From Vicugna vicugna (Eukaryota), in assembly GCA_013265495.1 (NCBI GenBank), contig MU057711.1, positions 62,001 through 126,000 on the forward strand: DNA of 64,000 bases, given 5' to 3'. The notes beneath the pieces were generated by a model. The model made no database searches, was not told the origin of the DNA, and saw only the letters and a program-made list of their open reading frames with translations. Below, one piece after another: positions 13,226 to 26,694 of this stretch (positions are counted from its first letter, which is position 1; every line of letters begins with the position of its first letter). Both the position numbers and the translations under genes were made by a program.

Positions 13226-13924
13226 AAAATTATGTGTGTGAAATCATTTTAAGATTAGCTCATTTAAAGGGGAGATATTAAAAGTTTTTTCTTTCCATAA
13301 TCTTTAATCCTATTAACAAAGTAACCTGTTAAGACAAATTACCAGCTGTCAAACATATAATCTGAATTCTAAAACTAAAGAAGTTTAAATGAAATCCTAT
13401 TTTTCGCTTTATACATTACTAATGTCCACCTCATACATTAGGGAAAGGTGGCTGCTTGTCTCTGTCAATACACTCCTGACTCTGAAATAAGGCCTTAACA
13501 TCAAAAGAACAAAAATGTATTTAAACACAAAAATCCATACTTAAGCAAAAAGTGGAGCAAAATGGCTCAAACTCTTGTTTTGATAAGAATAAGGAAGCAT
13601 AAAGTGAAAGTACAAATAAAATTAGTTTATTTAGAATAAAATCTTTATACTCAAAAGCTTTAATTAAATGTTAACAATTCAGTATTTTATATTTGGGCAG
13701 ATATTAGAATGATGAAACCTGTCCCAAAGAAGTCTCAGAATATGTGGGCATGTTTGGAGGCAGGAGAAAGAACAATACATTAGGAAAGGGGAAGGTTTGC
13801 TTTTAAGATTGTTCAGTTACGAAGGTGCTTAACCAACTCAGTTTTTCCATTTATAAAATGAAAAGGCTAGGTTCCACATATGACATTCTGAAATTCTATC
13901 AAGAGAACACTTCCACTAAAACCA

Positions 13925-14392
13925 GAGTATAGTTTTCAGCAGCATGGGCTTAGGTGTTAGAAGGTTCAAATCCCTGTTATCACTTGCTCCCGGTGTGACT
14001 GTGGGCAAGTTACCATTTCTTACCCTTAGTTTTTGTATTTATAAAATGTATACAAGTACCTCAACATCTTCTTGTAAATATTAAATGATGATATATTAAT
14101 ATGGGTAAGAATTGAGTGTTTACTATGTTCAAAACACTATTACGTGTTTTATACTTGTACTATCTCGTTTAAACTTCATAAAACCCCTATTGTGTTATTA
14201 TCCTGTACTATTTTCCCCGATTAATAGAGGAAGACACACAGATGACAAGTAGCTTGCCCATAACCGCGGAGTCAGTCAGAGGCAGAGCCAGAGCACAGCC
14301 CAGGCAGCCTGACTCCAGGGCCTGTGTTCTTCACCACTGGCCTCTGCACAGTGCTTGATACCTGAAAGCTTAGTAAATGGTGGTTACTGTTA
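13925..14392. mobile_element. MIR SINE with an oppositely oriented MIR nested inside
   Basis: MIR core tgtgactgtgggcaagttac...ataaaatg is followed by a reverse MIR (~14105-14340: gaggaagacac...cttgccca..ggcagagccag..ctgactccag). The host tail then resumes as cacagtgcttgatac. Confidence 0.7.
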
Positions 14393-14917
14393 GGATGATT
14401 AATACTCAAAGGTGTTAAATGTTGATACTACAAAGTCAAAGACAGTTGCTTCTATAAAAGCAGAGTCATCACTCCAAATAGCAGGGAAGGGCTGGAGCCA
14501 CTTCGATTGTTTTGAAGTGCATGAATGAGAGTGTTACCTCCAAACAGGGTGGAAAATGGCTCCTATTAAAATGGACATTGATAAGAGCCATCAATTAGAG
14601 CTCTCCTGCAACTTCTGTCTGTACTCATCTTTCACTGAAATATGTATCTTTGAGAGATTCACCTTTAAGATCCTTTAACAATTGGTAATATTTTAAATAA
14701 ATATAGGCCAGTTTAAAAGCATTAAAAAGGACAAATTTCAGAAATATGTGGACTAATTTGAAATATTCTTTTGAAAAGTAAATATGCTAGTCATGATAAT
14801 TTTGAAATTTTCATCAAAAAAGTATTTTAGAAAATTTTAGTCATTTGGCTATGCAATTAATTAGCTAATTAGCACTTCTCAGAAGATAAACACCTTCAAT
14901 TTCCTTCACAACTGTAA

Positions 14918-15054
14918 CTTTTGTTTGTTTGTTGCTTTTATGAGGGGGCAGTAACTAGGTTTATTTATTTATATTTAGAGGAAGTACTTGGGATTGAACC
15001 TAGGACCTCGTGCATGCAAAGCACGTGCTCTACCACTTAAGCTATACCCTCCCC
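14918..15054 (-). mobile_element. tRNA-derived SINE, camelid Vic-1-like
   Basis: Minus strand reads ggggagggtatagcttaagtggtagagc (A box)...gtcctaggttcaatccc (B box), with an aaataaataaacctag tail. TSD cttcacaact at 14904-14913 and 15057-15066. Confidence 0.88.
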
Positions 15055-17424
15055 TTCTTCACAACTAGCTATAATTTCTACTGAGAGTCACAAATTATTT
15101 TTATGTTATAAAATTAAGTTAGTTTCAATACAAATCACTATGTTATAGCCCTAGGTTCTTAAATGTTATCCCCATGGTAACCCAAACACAAAATCTACAA
15201 AATACATATAGAAGAAAATGAGAAGGGAATCAAAATAGCTCACTAAAAGTCAACTAAACACAAAAGAAACACAGACTTTTTTTCATGGCTTAAACTCTCC
15301 AATCAAAGGGCAGAGACTGGTAAAATGGATTTGAAAAGAAAAGGTCTAACTATTCTCTATCTACACAATGTACATTGAAAGCCACAAATAGGCAGAAAGA
15401 AGAAGAACTGAAAAAGATATTTTATGCAGATAGTGACCAAACTGATCTGGGGAGGCTACACTAATATCAGAGAAAATAAACTTTAAGTGAAAAACTGTTG
15501 CAAGAGACAAAAAAGGACATTATATATTGACAAAAGGGTCCATTCACCAAGAATATAACAAATGTAGGCATGTATGTACCAAAAAAAGAGCCCCAATATA
15601 TATGAAGCAATCACTGACAGAACTGAAAGGAGAAACAGAGAGTTCTACAGTAATAGCTGGAGACATCAATATCCCACTTTCTGTAATTAATATAATATCT
15701 AGATAAAAGATTAAAAAAGAAATACAGGACCTAAACACACTAAAAACCAACTAGACCTAAGAGACATGTATAAAACACTGACCAACAATAAAAGACTATC
15801 CATTCTCTTCAAGTACACATGGAACATTTTCCAGGGTACATCATACATTAGGCCACAAAAAAGTCTCAACAAATTTAAAAATCATACAGAGTATCTTCTA
15901 TGACCACAATGAAATGAAGCTAGAAATCATAGAAGCTAGAAATCAATACCAAAAGGAAACAGAAGTATTAAAAAATATGTGAAAATTAAACAATATACTT
16001 TCAAACAACCAATGGGTCAAAGAAGAATCCGGGAAATCAGAAAAAACTTAAAGAGTTGGATGAAAATAAAAACACAAATTTAAGGGGTGCAGTGAAGGCC
16101 ATGCTCAGAGGTATAGCTGTAAATTTAATGCCTACATTATAAAAGAAGACAGATCTCAAATCAATAACTTAAGTATATACCTTGAGAAATTAGAAAAGAG
16201 TGAACTAAACCCAAAGTAAGAAAACGGAAGATGCCAGTAATGACTATAGTGCAGATATAGAAAATACAAAAGAGAATCAATGAAACTGAAAGTTGCTTTT
16301 TTGAAAACAGCAAAAGAATTGACAAACTTGTAGCTAGACTGACAAAAGAAAGCAAGAAGATGAAAATCACTAAGATCAGGAACGAAAGTGGGTAATTACT
16401 ACTGCCTTTAGAGAAATTAAAAGCAATATAAGAAAATAGTTTGAACAATCGTATGCCAACAAATCAGATAACCTAGATGAAATGGACAAATTCCTAGAAA
16501 AACACAAATTACCTAACTGCCTCAAGAAGAAACAGAAAATCTCAACAGACCTATAACAAGTAAAAGGATTAATCAAAAACTTCCCAACTAAGAAATTTAA
16601 GGAGATGACTTCTCTGGTGAATTCGACTAATATTTAAAGAAGAATTAGCACCAAATTCTCAAACTCTTCTGAAAAAAAGACAGAAGAAGAGGGGAAACTT
16701 CCTAATTTATTCTATGAGCCCAGCATTACCGTGATACCAAAGTCAGACGAAAACATCAAGGGAAAATCACAGACCAATACTCCTTATAATAACTGACATA
16801 AAATTCCTCAACTAAATAGTGTTAAACCAAATTCAACAACATATTAAAATTATACTCTATGACTGAGTGGGGTTAACCCAAGGAATACAAAGATGACTCA
16901 AGCATAAGAAAATAGATCAGGGTAATGCATCACAGTGACAGAAGGAAGGATAAAGACCCAAATGATCATCTCACAGGACAAAGGAAAGGCATCTGACAAA
17001 ACTCAACACATTTTCTTCATAAAATCTCCCACAAAACTTGGAACAGAAGAGAACTTTCTCAACATTATAAAGAGTATTTAAGAAAAATCCACAGCTAACA
17101 TCATACTCAGTAATGGAAGACTGAAAACTTTCCCCCTAAGCTCAGGAACAAGACAAGGATGCTAACTTTCACCACTGCTATTCAATGTTGTACTGGAAGT
17201 TTTAGGCAGAGAAATTAGACGAAAAAAGAAATTAGTGGCATTCAAATTACAAATGAAAAAATAAAGCTACTTTTATTTGCAGAAGACATGCTCTTATACA
17301 GAGAAAACACCAAAGAATTCACAAGAAAGCTATGAGATGTAACAAATAGAGTAAATTTGTGGAGTACAAGATGAACACAGAAAAACCAGTTGTGTTTTTA
17401 TATAAATACAAGGAATAATTTATG

Positions 17425-18640
17425 GTAATAATGACTTTTTCAGACCTGACAACAAAAGCAAATGCAACAGGGAACAAAAATAGGCAAGTGGGATCACATA
17501 AAATTAAGTAGCTTCTGTACAGCAAAGGAAATCATCAACAAAATGAAAATGCAACTAAGGAATGGAAGAAAATATCTGCAAATCATACATCTGATACAGG
17601 ATTAATATCCAAAATATCTATAGAACTCCTACAACTCAATAGGAAAAAAAAAAACCATAAGCAATCTGTTAAAAAATGGGAAGAGGAGCATAAAGACATT
17701 TTTCCACAGTGATATACAAATGGCCAATGGGTACATGAAAAGGCGCTCAAGAGCACTAATAATCAGGCAAATGGGAATCAAAATCACAGTAAGATATCAC
17801 TTTATACCTGTCAGAATGGCTATTATCAAAAGGAAAAGAAATAACAGGTGTTGGCAAGGATATGGAGAAAAGGGAACCCTTTTGCATTCTTGATGGGAAT
17901 GTAAAATAGTGCAGCCACTATAGAAAAACAGTACAGAGATTCTTCAAAAAATAAAATAGAAAACTACCATGGGATCCAGCAATTCTATTTCTGGGTATTT
18001 ATCCAGAGAAAACGAACTCATTATCTCAAAAAGGTATCTGCAATCCTATGTTCATTTAAGCATTATTTACAATAGTCAAGACACAAAAACAACCTAAGTG
18101 TTCACTGATATATGACTGAAAAAAGAAAATGTGGTGTGTATGTGTGGGTGTGTATACATATATACATACAATAAAATGTTATTCAGCTATGAAAAAGAAG
18201 GAATTTCTCCCATTGTTGACAACATAGTTGGACCTGGAAGGCATTATGCTAAGTGAAATAAGTCACAGAAAAACAAATACCGTATGATCTCACTTATATG
18301 TGGAATTTAAAAGAAAGAGAATAGACTGCTGGTTCCAAGAGGTGGGGAATGGGTGGAATGGGTGAAGGTGGTCAAAGGGTATAAACTTCTAGTTATAAAT
18401 AAGTCTTGGGGATGTAATGTACATCAATGATAACTATAGTTAATGATACTGTATAGTATATTTGAAAGTTGTTTACAGAGTAGATTGTACAAGTTCTTAT
18501 CACAGGAGAAAACTGTAATTATGTGTGGTGATAAATGTTAACTAAAGTTATTGCTGTAACCATTTCACAATAGATACATATATCACCCCAAACTGATACA
18601 ATGTTATATATCAATTATATCTCAATTAAAACAAAAAAAA
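17425..18640 (+). mobile_element. 5'-truncated L1 (L1MA9/10-like 3'UTR) nested in the host L1
   Basis: ORF2 C-terminal sequence, then 3'UTR gtcaaagggtataaacttctagttataa...tcaattatatctcaat and an A tail. Confidence 0.8.
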
Positions 18641-19031
18641 CTTCCACAACACAGTACTGCCATAAGGATAGACACACAGACCAATGGAATAGAATTGAGA
18701 GTACAGAAATAAACAAATACATCTATGGACAACTGACAAGGATGCCAAGTTCATTTGATGAGGAAATAATAGTCTCTTCAATAGACAGTGCTGGGGCAAC
18801 TGGATTTCCATATGCAAAAAAATCAAGTGGATCCCTAACTCACACCATGTACAAAAATTAACTACAACTGAATTAACCAAAATATAAGAGCTAAAACTAC
18901 AAAACTCTTAGTAGAAAACATAAGGGAAAACAGTCATGACCTTGGATTTGGTAATAGGTTTTTATAACTGACAATAAAAATAGAAGGAAGAAAAAAATAT
19001 AAATTGGACTTTACTAAAATTAAAATCTTTT

Positions 19032-21010
19032 ACCCAGAAGGAAGAGAGAGAGAGAAACGGCCTGAGAAAATATATGAAGAAACAATAGCTGAAAACTCTA
19101 ACTTGGGAAATAGTCACCCAAGTCCAGGAAGTGCAGAGAGTCCCAGATAGAAGAGGAATGCACCTAGATAGAGTATAATTAAAATGACAAAAGTTAAAGG
19201 TAAAGAGAGAATATTAAAAGCTATAAGGGAAAAGCAACAAATAACATATAAGGGCACTCCCATAAGACTATCGGTATATTTAAAGCGATGAAAGGGAAGA
19301 ATGTACAAAAAAGAGTACTCTGCCCAGGAAGGCTCTCAGTCTAATTTGATGGAGAAATCAAAAGGTTTACAGACAAGTAAAAGCTAAAAGATACTCAGCG
19401 CCTCCAAAATAGCTTTACAATAAATACTAAAGGAACTTCTCTAGGTAGAAAAGAGAAGGCCACAACTAGAAATAAGAAAACTACAAAATGAAAAAGCTTA
19501 CTGGTAAAGGCAAATGTACAGTAAAGGTAGGAAAGTATCCACACACAAACTAGGAGGAAGGTTAAAAGACAAAAGTAGTAAGGTCATCTGTATCCACAAT
19601 AAACAGCTAAGGGGTACACAAAATAATTAAATGTAAGACACATTATCAAAAACAGTAATCGTGAAGGGAGGAGAGTACAAATGCAGGGCACTTAAAATAC
19701 ATTTGATATCAAGAGATCAGCAACATAATGCAAATACACACACACATATATAGACTGTTATGCTAAAACCTCATAGTAACAGCAAACCAAAAATCTATAA
19801 CAGATATACACACAAAAAATAAAAAGCACAAACATAACACTAAAAACAGTCACCAAATCATGAGAAGAAAATAAAAGTAGAAAAGGAAAAAAAAGGCCTG
19901 CAAAAACAAATCCAAAACAATTAACAAAATACAAATAAGAACATACAATAATGCCATTTGCAGCAACATGGATGGATCTAGATACTGTCATTCTAAGTGA
20001 AGTCAGAAAGTGAAAGGAAAATACCATATGATATCACTCATATGTGGAATCTAAAAAAATAGAAAAAAAAAAGACACTATGAACTCATCCACAAAACAAA
20101 CAGACTCACAGACATAGTACACAATCTTATGGTTATCGGGGAAAGAGGGTGGGAAGGGATAAATTTGGGAGTTTGAGATTTACAAATGTTAACTACTATA
20201 TATAAAAATAGGTTAAAAAAAGTTTATGCTCTATAGCACAGGAAACTATGTTCAGTATCTTGTAATAACTTTCAATGAAAAAGAATATGAAAATGAATGT
20301 ATGTATGTATATGCATGACTGAGACACTGTGCTGTACACCAGAAACTGATGCACTGTAACTGATGGTACTTCAATTAACAAAAAATTAGGTGGGATTACT
20401 AAAAAACAAAATAAAGAAAGAAAAGAACATAATATACATATTAATAATTACCTTAAATGTAAACAGACTAAATGCTCCAAATAAAAAATACAGACTGGCT
20501 GAATGGATACAAAATCAAGACTCATACTTGCTGCCTACAAGAGACTCACTTCATATCTGGAGACACATACAGACTGAAAGTGAGGGGATGGATAAAGGTA
20601 TTCCATGCAAATGGAAGTCAAAAGAAAGCTGGAGTAGCAATACTTATGTTAGACAAAACAGGCTTTAAAATAAAGACTGTTACAAGAGACAAAGAACATT
20701 ACATAATGATCAAGGGATCAACAACATCAAGGAATCCAAGAAGATGATACAACAATTGTAAATATATATGTACCCAACATAGGAGCACCTCTGTATTAAC
20801 AGATACAAACTACTATATATAAAGTAGATAAACAACAAGGACCTACTGTATAGAACAGGGAACTATACTCAATATATTGTTATAACCTACAACAGGAAAG
20901 AATCTGAAGAAGAATATGTATGTATATGTGTACCTGAATTAACCTGTTGTACAACTGAAACTAACATATTGTAAATCAAGTATACGTCAACAAAAATAAA
21001 ATTAAAAAAA
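19032..21010 (+). mobile_element. Nested L1: ORF1 3' half, inter-ORF and endonuclease start, joined directly to an L1 3' tail
   Basis: ORF1 motifs (gagagaatattaaaagctataagggaaaagcaac), ORF2 start ITLNVNRLNAP..CCLQETH. An abrupt junction at ~20790 leads to ttaacagatacaaactac...caacaaaaataaa. Confidence 0.8.
19946..20422 (+). mobile_element. Young camelid L1 3' end inserted at the ORF2 start of the 19.0-21.0 kb L1
   Basis: Near-identical to 12800-13225. Flanked by the aagaacata direct repeat. Confidence 0.85.
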
Positions 21011-21944
21011 TACAAATCAAATCACAAGTCTGTTTTGCATCAAAGGACATCATCAAGTGAAAATGTAACAGACGGAATGGGAGAAAATATCTGCAAGTCA
21101 TATATATTTAAATACACATTTAAATATTCATATAAAGGGTTTAACATAAAGAATATATAATGAACTTCAACAATTCAACAATTCAAGAATAAAGAGACAA
21201 CCCAATGAGAAAAATAGGACTCAAATTGACATTTCTCAAAGAAGATTACAAATGGCCTAGAAGCACATGAAAAGTTGCTCAACATCATTAGTCACTAGAG
21301 AAATGCAAATGAAAACCACAATGACATACTACTTCATATCTCCTAGGAAAGGAATAGTAATAATAATAATAATAATGGAAAATAACAAAAGTGCTGGCAA
21401 TGATGCTGAGAAACTGGAACATTTGGGCACTACTGATAGGAATGTAAAATGATATGGAAAAGTTTTTGGTTCCTCAAAAAGCTGACCCATCAGTTCCACT
21501 TCTAGGTATCCACTTAAAAGAACTGAAAGCAGGGCCTCAAACAGATGTTTGTATGCCAGTCTTCATTTTGGAATTATTCCTGACAGCTAAAAGGTGAAAA
21601 CAACTTGAGTATATCAACAGATGAATGGATAATCAAAAGAGATAAATTTATTTTGATACTTGCTAGAATCTGGATGAACCTTAAAAACATTATGCCAATA
21701 AACCAGATACCAAAGGACAAATACTATATGATTCCACTTACATGAAGTATCTAGAATAGGCAAATTCATTGAGATGGAAAGTAGATAAGAGCTTATTAAG
21801 GGCTGGGAAAGAGGAGGAACGAGGAATAATGGCTTAAATAATTATGTAGTTTCTGCGTGGGTTGATGAAAAGTTTTGCAAATAGGTAGCGGAGATGGTTG
21901 CATAACAGAGTGAAGGTAATTTATGCCGCTAAACTGTACACTGG

Positions 21945-22175
21945 CTAGATTAGGAGTTTGAGATTAACAGATACACATTATTATATGTAAAACAGATAAA
22001 CAAGAAGGACCTACTGTATAGCACAAGGAACTGTAATTCTTATAATGAGCTGTAATGTAAAAGAATCTGAAAAAAAATATATGTATGTATGTGTATAACT
22101 GAATCGCTTTGCTGTACACCTGAAACTAACACTGTAAATCGACTACACCTCAATAAAAAGTAATAATTAAAAAAA
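21945..22175 (+). mobile_element. Short L1 3' tail inserted into the host L1 3'UTR
   Basis: ggagtttgagattaacagatacac...gaaggacctactgtatagcac...ctcaataaaaa. Confidence 0.85.
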
Positions 22176-22229
22176 TTGTTAAAGTGTCAAATTGTACCTT
22201 GTATGTATTTTAAACACAACTGGAAAAAA

Positions 22230-22460
22230 AGTGTATTAGTGGTTGTTTGGGGCTGGGTTGTCTAGGAGTACACATATGGGCATGAGGGAACTTTTTGGGT
22301 TAATGGAAGTATTCCAAAATTGGGATTGTGGTCATGGTTACACAAGTTTCCCACAGTCTATTAAAGCTTGCTGAACTCTACACTTACAATATGAATTCTA
22401 CACTTAAAATGGGAGCATTCTGTGTTATGCAAATTATACCTCAATAAAATTAAAAATTTA
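22230..22460 (+). mobile_element. Ancient L1 (L1MC/ME-like) 3' end
   Basis: ggggcatgagggaactttttgggttaatggaagtattcc...aaattatacctcaataaaa. Confidence 0.7.
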
Positions 22461-22484
22461 AAAGCAGACTCCTTTCAAAGGAAT

Positions 22485-23610
22485 TATTTATTAAACGTTT
22501 ACTAAGCATTTACTATGTGCCAGCCACTATTCTAGACATTGAAATATAAATGTGAAAAGTCATGCTCTCTCTCTCTCTGAGGAACTCCTAGGTAAGTGAG
22601 GGAAACAGAAGTTAAAAAAAAATTCATTACAACAGAGTATGGTAAGCGCTAAAATAAAACAGGAACAGCAGGAAGAAGAAGGAATTATAAGCCACTCTAA
22701 CTTGAAACTCTGACATAATCATCTAATCAATCAAGTAAGCAGTTTATCCATCCAGCAATTTGCCAGGTACTGTGGATAATGTTCTTAAAAATAACTATTA
22801 CTTAAACCCTGAAAGATGATTAGGAATTAGGTGGGTGAAAAGAGGTGGAAGGAGATTCTAGGCAAAGGGAATCCCACATACTAAGGCCTGGAAGTGAAAT
22901 AGAAAAGGGAGTATGATATATTTAGATAACTGTACATAGACCAGCATGTCTGCGAAGTCTCGTTATAGATAAGTAAACAGAAGCTGGATCTAAAAGGACC
23001 TGGTGTACACAACAAAGATTGGACCTTACCCTAAGGGCACAGGGAGCTACTAAAGGATTTTAAGATTTCAGATTCATTTTGTGCAGAAGTAGCACTCCAG
23101 AGTGCAGAATGATTTGGAGAGGTACAAATTGGAACATCTGTAATCTTTCAGTAAGTTAGGAGAGAGACGAGTTAAAGACGTAACCATAGGAAAGGACAGT
23201 TTTAAGAGGTATGAAGGAGATAAGACCCCATGGGGTTTGGTGGTTTGAGAAGTACAGGGAGAAGTGAACAGGAAGAGGAATTGTAGGTAGATGTTCTGGG
23301 AGCAGCAGAGGGGAAAAAAGCTCTAGAGAAGGATTTGGAACTCCTTCTCTCTCTTGTATCTTTAAAGAATATGCCGAATAAAGAGGACATTAAACTATGA
23401 ATAGATGGTCTAAAATATTATTATTATTGCACCTCATGTTTATTCAGCATGTACTGTGTGCAAGGCACTAAAGAACCTGCAATACCATTTTATTTTATGT
23501 TTACCACAACCTAGCTATGATCTCATATTATACATGAGGAAATAGTAAAAGAGTTTGAGTAACTTACCTGTAACTGAAATTTGAATCTAAATCTATGTGA
23601 TTCTAAAGCC
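22485..23610. mobile_element. L2 fragments followed by a MIR (~23420-23610)
   Basis: tttactaagcatttactatgtgccagcc (L2 3' end), ttctaggcaaagggaa..aaggcctggaag and ggagctactaaaggattttaag. The MIR shows tgaggaaa..gagtaacttacc..tgattctaaagcc. Confidence 0.65.
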
Positions 23611-24689
23611 TATGACAAATATTTAATAGCAAAAGAGTACTAACTGCTATAAGTGATTTCTAATAGATTGAAAATAAAAAATATATTATACTTACTCTAT
23701 AAGCCCTCAACCACTTTTACTAGGTTGATGACTGATTTCAAAAAGTGTCTTTGTACCTTCTATTAAATTTACGGTCTCTGCTTTCTCCATTTTTTATCAT
23801 AAAATGTTTTAAAACTGGTAGCTTATGTTAAAAAGATTGTAGGAAATACGAGAAGTAGGAGATCAGATATAAGCAGATCTTTCAAATGAAGACTACTATT
23901 TCAAAGGAGGATAGAAAAAGAAATCTTTTGTATAATATGAGGGAAAAATTGTTGATTTAACAAATATGAACCAGGAGAGGACATAAAGAATTTTTATACA
24001 GTTATTAGTGAATGTTTAAGAAAGAGTGTGTTTACATAAATTTAGAGAGATCCTGGTCTCAAATAATGAGTCACAATTTAGAAGTGAGTCAGAGTTGTGA
24101 AAACTGAAAATTACAGATACATGGCTGCAAAACTGTAAACATCTAAAGTAGGGGGAAAAGTCAAAATCAAAGATAATTCAAAGAGCTTATTTCTAGAAAA
24201 TGGCCTTCTACACATACTCAGAAAGTTAACTGTAGAATGACTTCATACTAATAAAAAACTATAAATTTATTATACTTGATAGATATTCTGAAAAGCTGTC
24301 TGAATTCAAGAGATACTACTGTATAGTGAATTTTGTATCAAAGTCACCAGTGCTTGGTTTTGATTTTTTCCCTGAAATCCAAAAGCATTATATATTCTAG
24401 AATTACTGATATATATATAATCAAAATTTCAAGATGAATAATGACTTGGGAGAATGGTCAGATAGTATAAAAATTCTAAAAATAATAAAGGAAAATGCCA
24501 ACAGAAAATGTAGGGAGCAGAAGGAAAAAATTCACCATCAGCATATGATCTGGTTTAAAAAAACTGAAACAATGCTTACCAGGAGGTGACCACTGAAGAC
24601 CATCAACAAGGATACTCATGCATTTTAAGATCTAATGCAAAAGAAAGGGATGTCTCACAGCTTCCGAGACAGAGCCAAGGATCACGTGC

Positions 24690-24880
24690 TAGCTGGGCTG
24701 CTTCTTAGTTTTATGCCCTTGGCAAGTATCTTAACATCTGAACCCCTGTCACCAAATCTGTATAATGAGGATAAATAATACTGCTCCCCTCAGAGAGGTT
24801 TGGTAGGATTAACCAAGATAAATGTAAAACACTTCCTGTAAAAGAATTCCTGCTAAATAATAAGTACTGTTAAGTACTAT
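24690..24880 (+). mobile_element. MIR SINE
   Basis: cccttggcaagtatcttaacatctgaacc...tctgtataatgaggataaataata...gagaggtttggtaggattaa. Confidence 0.7.
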
Positions 24881-26694
24881 GAAAAAAAAGTAAACAAATC
24901 TTTGAAAAATACTGAACTCCTAAATCCTTACTGTCACTGATTAACAAAAACTTGCGACTTTCCTACTGATGAAATTAAGAAAACATTAGTCATGTGGGGT
25001 ATAATGACAGGCAAGGGCAGGTTAGGTACAGAAACTATCCATTTGTCTTTATGTGTAACAGAGAATAAAAGGGTACTGACCTGCTACTGTGGAACAGAAC
25101 AGGAAAATGGACTTGCTTTGTGAGAGCAGCTAAGGAAATGGATTGCTCTGGACAAGAAATAAGTAGCAAAGGGCACTTTCATCTACCCATTCACCATCTG
25201 TCCATCATCTACCTATCCCTGCGACCCATCACTCAACTCTTTAGCAGGTAAAGGTTAAGCAGAGGGAGCTGTATACCTACTTACATCCTAGAAGCACATC
25301 TCTGCTTTTGCTTAGCAATGAATGGGGCATTTGCACAGAATGAAAATGCAGAGTTGCAAAGAAAATAGGGTTGAAAAGGAAGCCTGAGTGATTTAAAAAT
25401 GGAGCAGGACATTTAGAAAAGGGATCTCCGTAATTCATTCTCATACTCTGAGACTGCATTCTCTACACTGCTCTGACTGACAGTAGGGTATTCCTCTCTG
25501 GTTTAATGTACCAGGGAGAAATAAATTTCACCATCTTTTCAGTCTTACCCAGACTGTATGTAACTGGAAGGTCTAAGAATAGGCAAAATCTGCAATGATC
25601 ATTTTCCTAGTACTGTGGCAATCAACCAACAAAGAGATAAATGCATGGTGAAGTTCATGGGGCAGACATATGGGCTGCTCCGGTTATCACAGATCTATTC
25701 CATTAGGGCAGGCTTAGATAGATGAGTGTCCCAATTAAGTTGCAGGTTATATTAGATAAAGTATTAAAAATATCATCTGTCAAATGACAAAATAGCAATG
25801 TAATAATGTAAAATATATTATCCTATAGAATTTTAAAATACTTTAAATTTAATATTCAAAGAAATGATTATGCAATCATAATACCATGCACCATCAAAAA
25901 ACTAAAACAACAATGTAGCTTTGAGCATATAATATGTCAGAGAGATAGCTTTACTTAAAAAACCCTCTTAGCTAGAAAGGCAAGAGTCTATCATATACAA
26001 ACTTGTATGTAAAAACTTCATGGATGTAGGGTCCTAGTTTTGACTCACGCTTGTAATCTTAAAAGAAAGCAATACGGCCCGGTCTGCTTTAAATGCTGAG
26101 TATGTATAAAATCAAGACTCTGAAGTAGCAATTTTATAACTTGTATATAAATTACCACTTCCAATCAAAAAGCATTCAAAATATTTTTCAAAATCACATC
26201 TGGCATCCGTGACTCACCAAGATAGATGTTTCACAGTCTTTGCTAGGAGTAAAAACTCCGGGAGTCATCACTTTCACTATGGCAACCATTGCAGTGCAGT
26301 CGCCAGTGATACGGAATGGAAAGGAAACACTAACGAAATGGACTTGTGTTAGGAGAATAGTCTAAGAATGTCTGTTCACTTAACATGCCTTACGGCAATG
26401 TATGCATATAAAATATTTCAGTATTACCAAGAATTTATAATAGTATTGTCTTTCTTTGGTGGGACAGGGCAGGTAGGCTGAGTGTGACAAAAGTCCAGCA
26501 GCAGGTTAGAGAGAGAACTGTTTAAATTGGTTGCTTTTACTTTGCTCGTGTCAGAACAAACTGGCACATTTGACTGTCCTTTATGATTGGATTACTACAT
26601 TCTGTTGATTCTTATTTTGTATTGGCTTTATTCCTTTGATAACTATGTAAGTTTAAAAAGCTAAAGATCTAATCTGTTCTTAGAAACAATCATT

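Larger units (their letters stand above)
15110..22225 (+). mobile_element. Old L1MB-like host element (inter-ORF, ORF2, 3'UTR) split by at least four younger L1 insertions
   Basis: Degenerate EN/RT sequence at 15290-17420 resumes at ~18645-19030 and ~21030-21945, with its tail near 22180-22225. Many stops and frameshifts. Confidence 0.85.
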
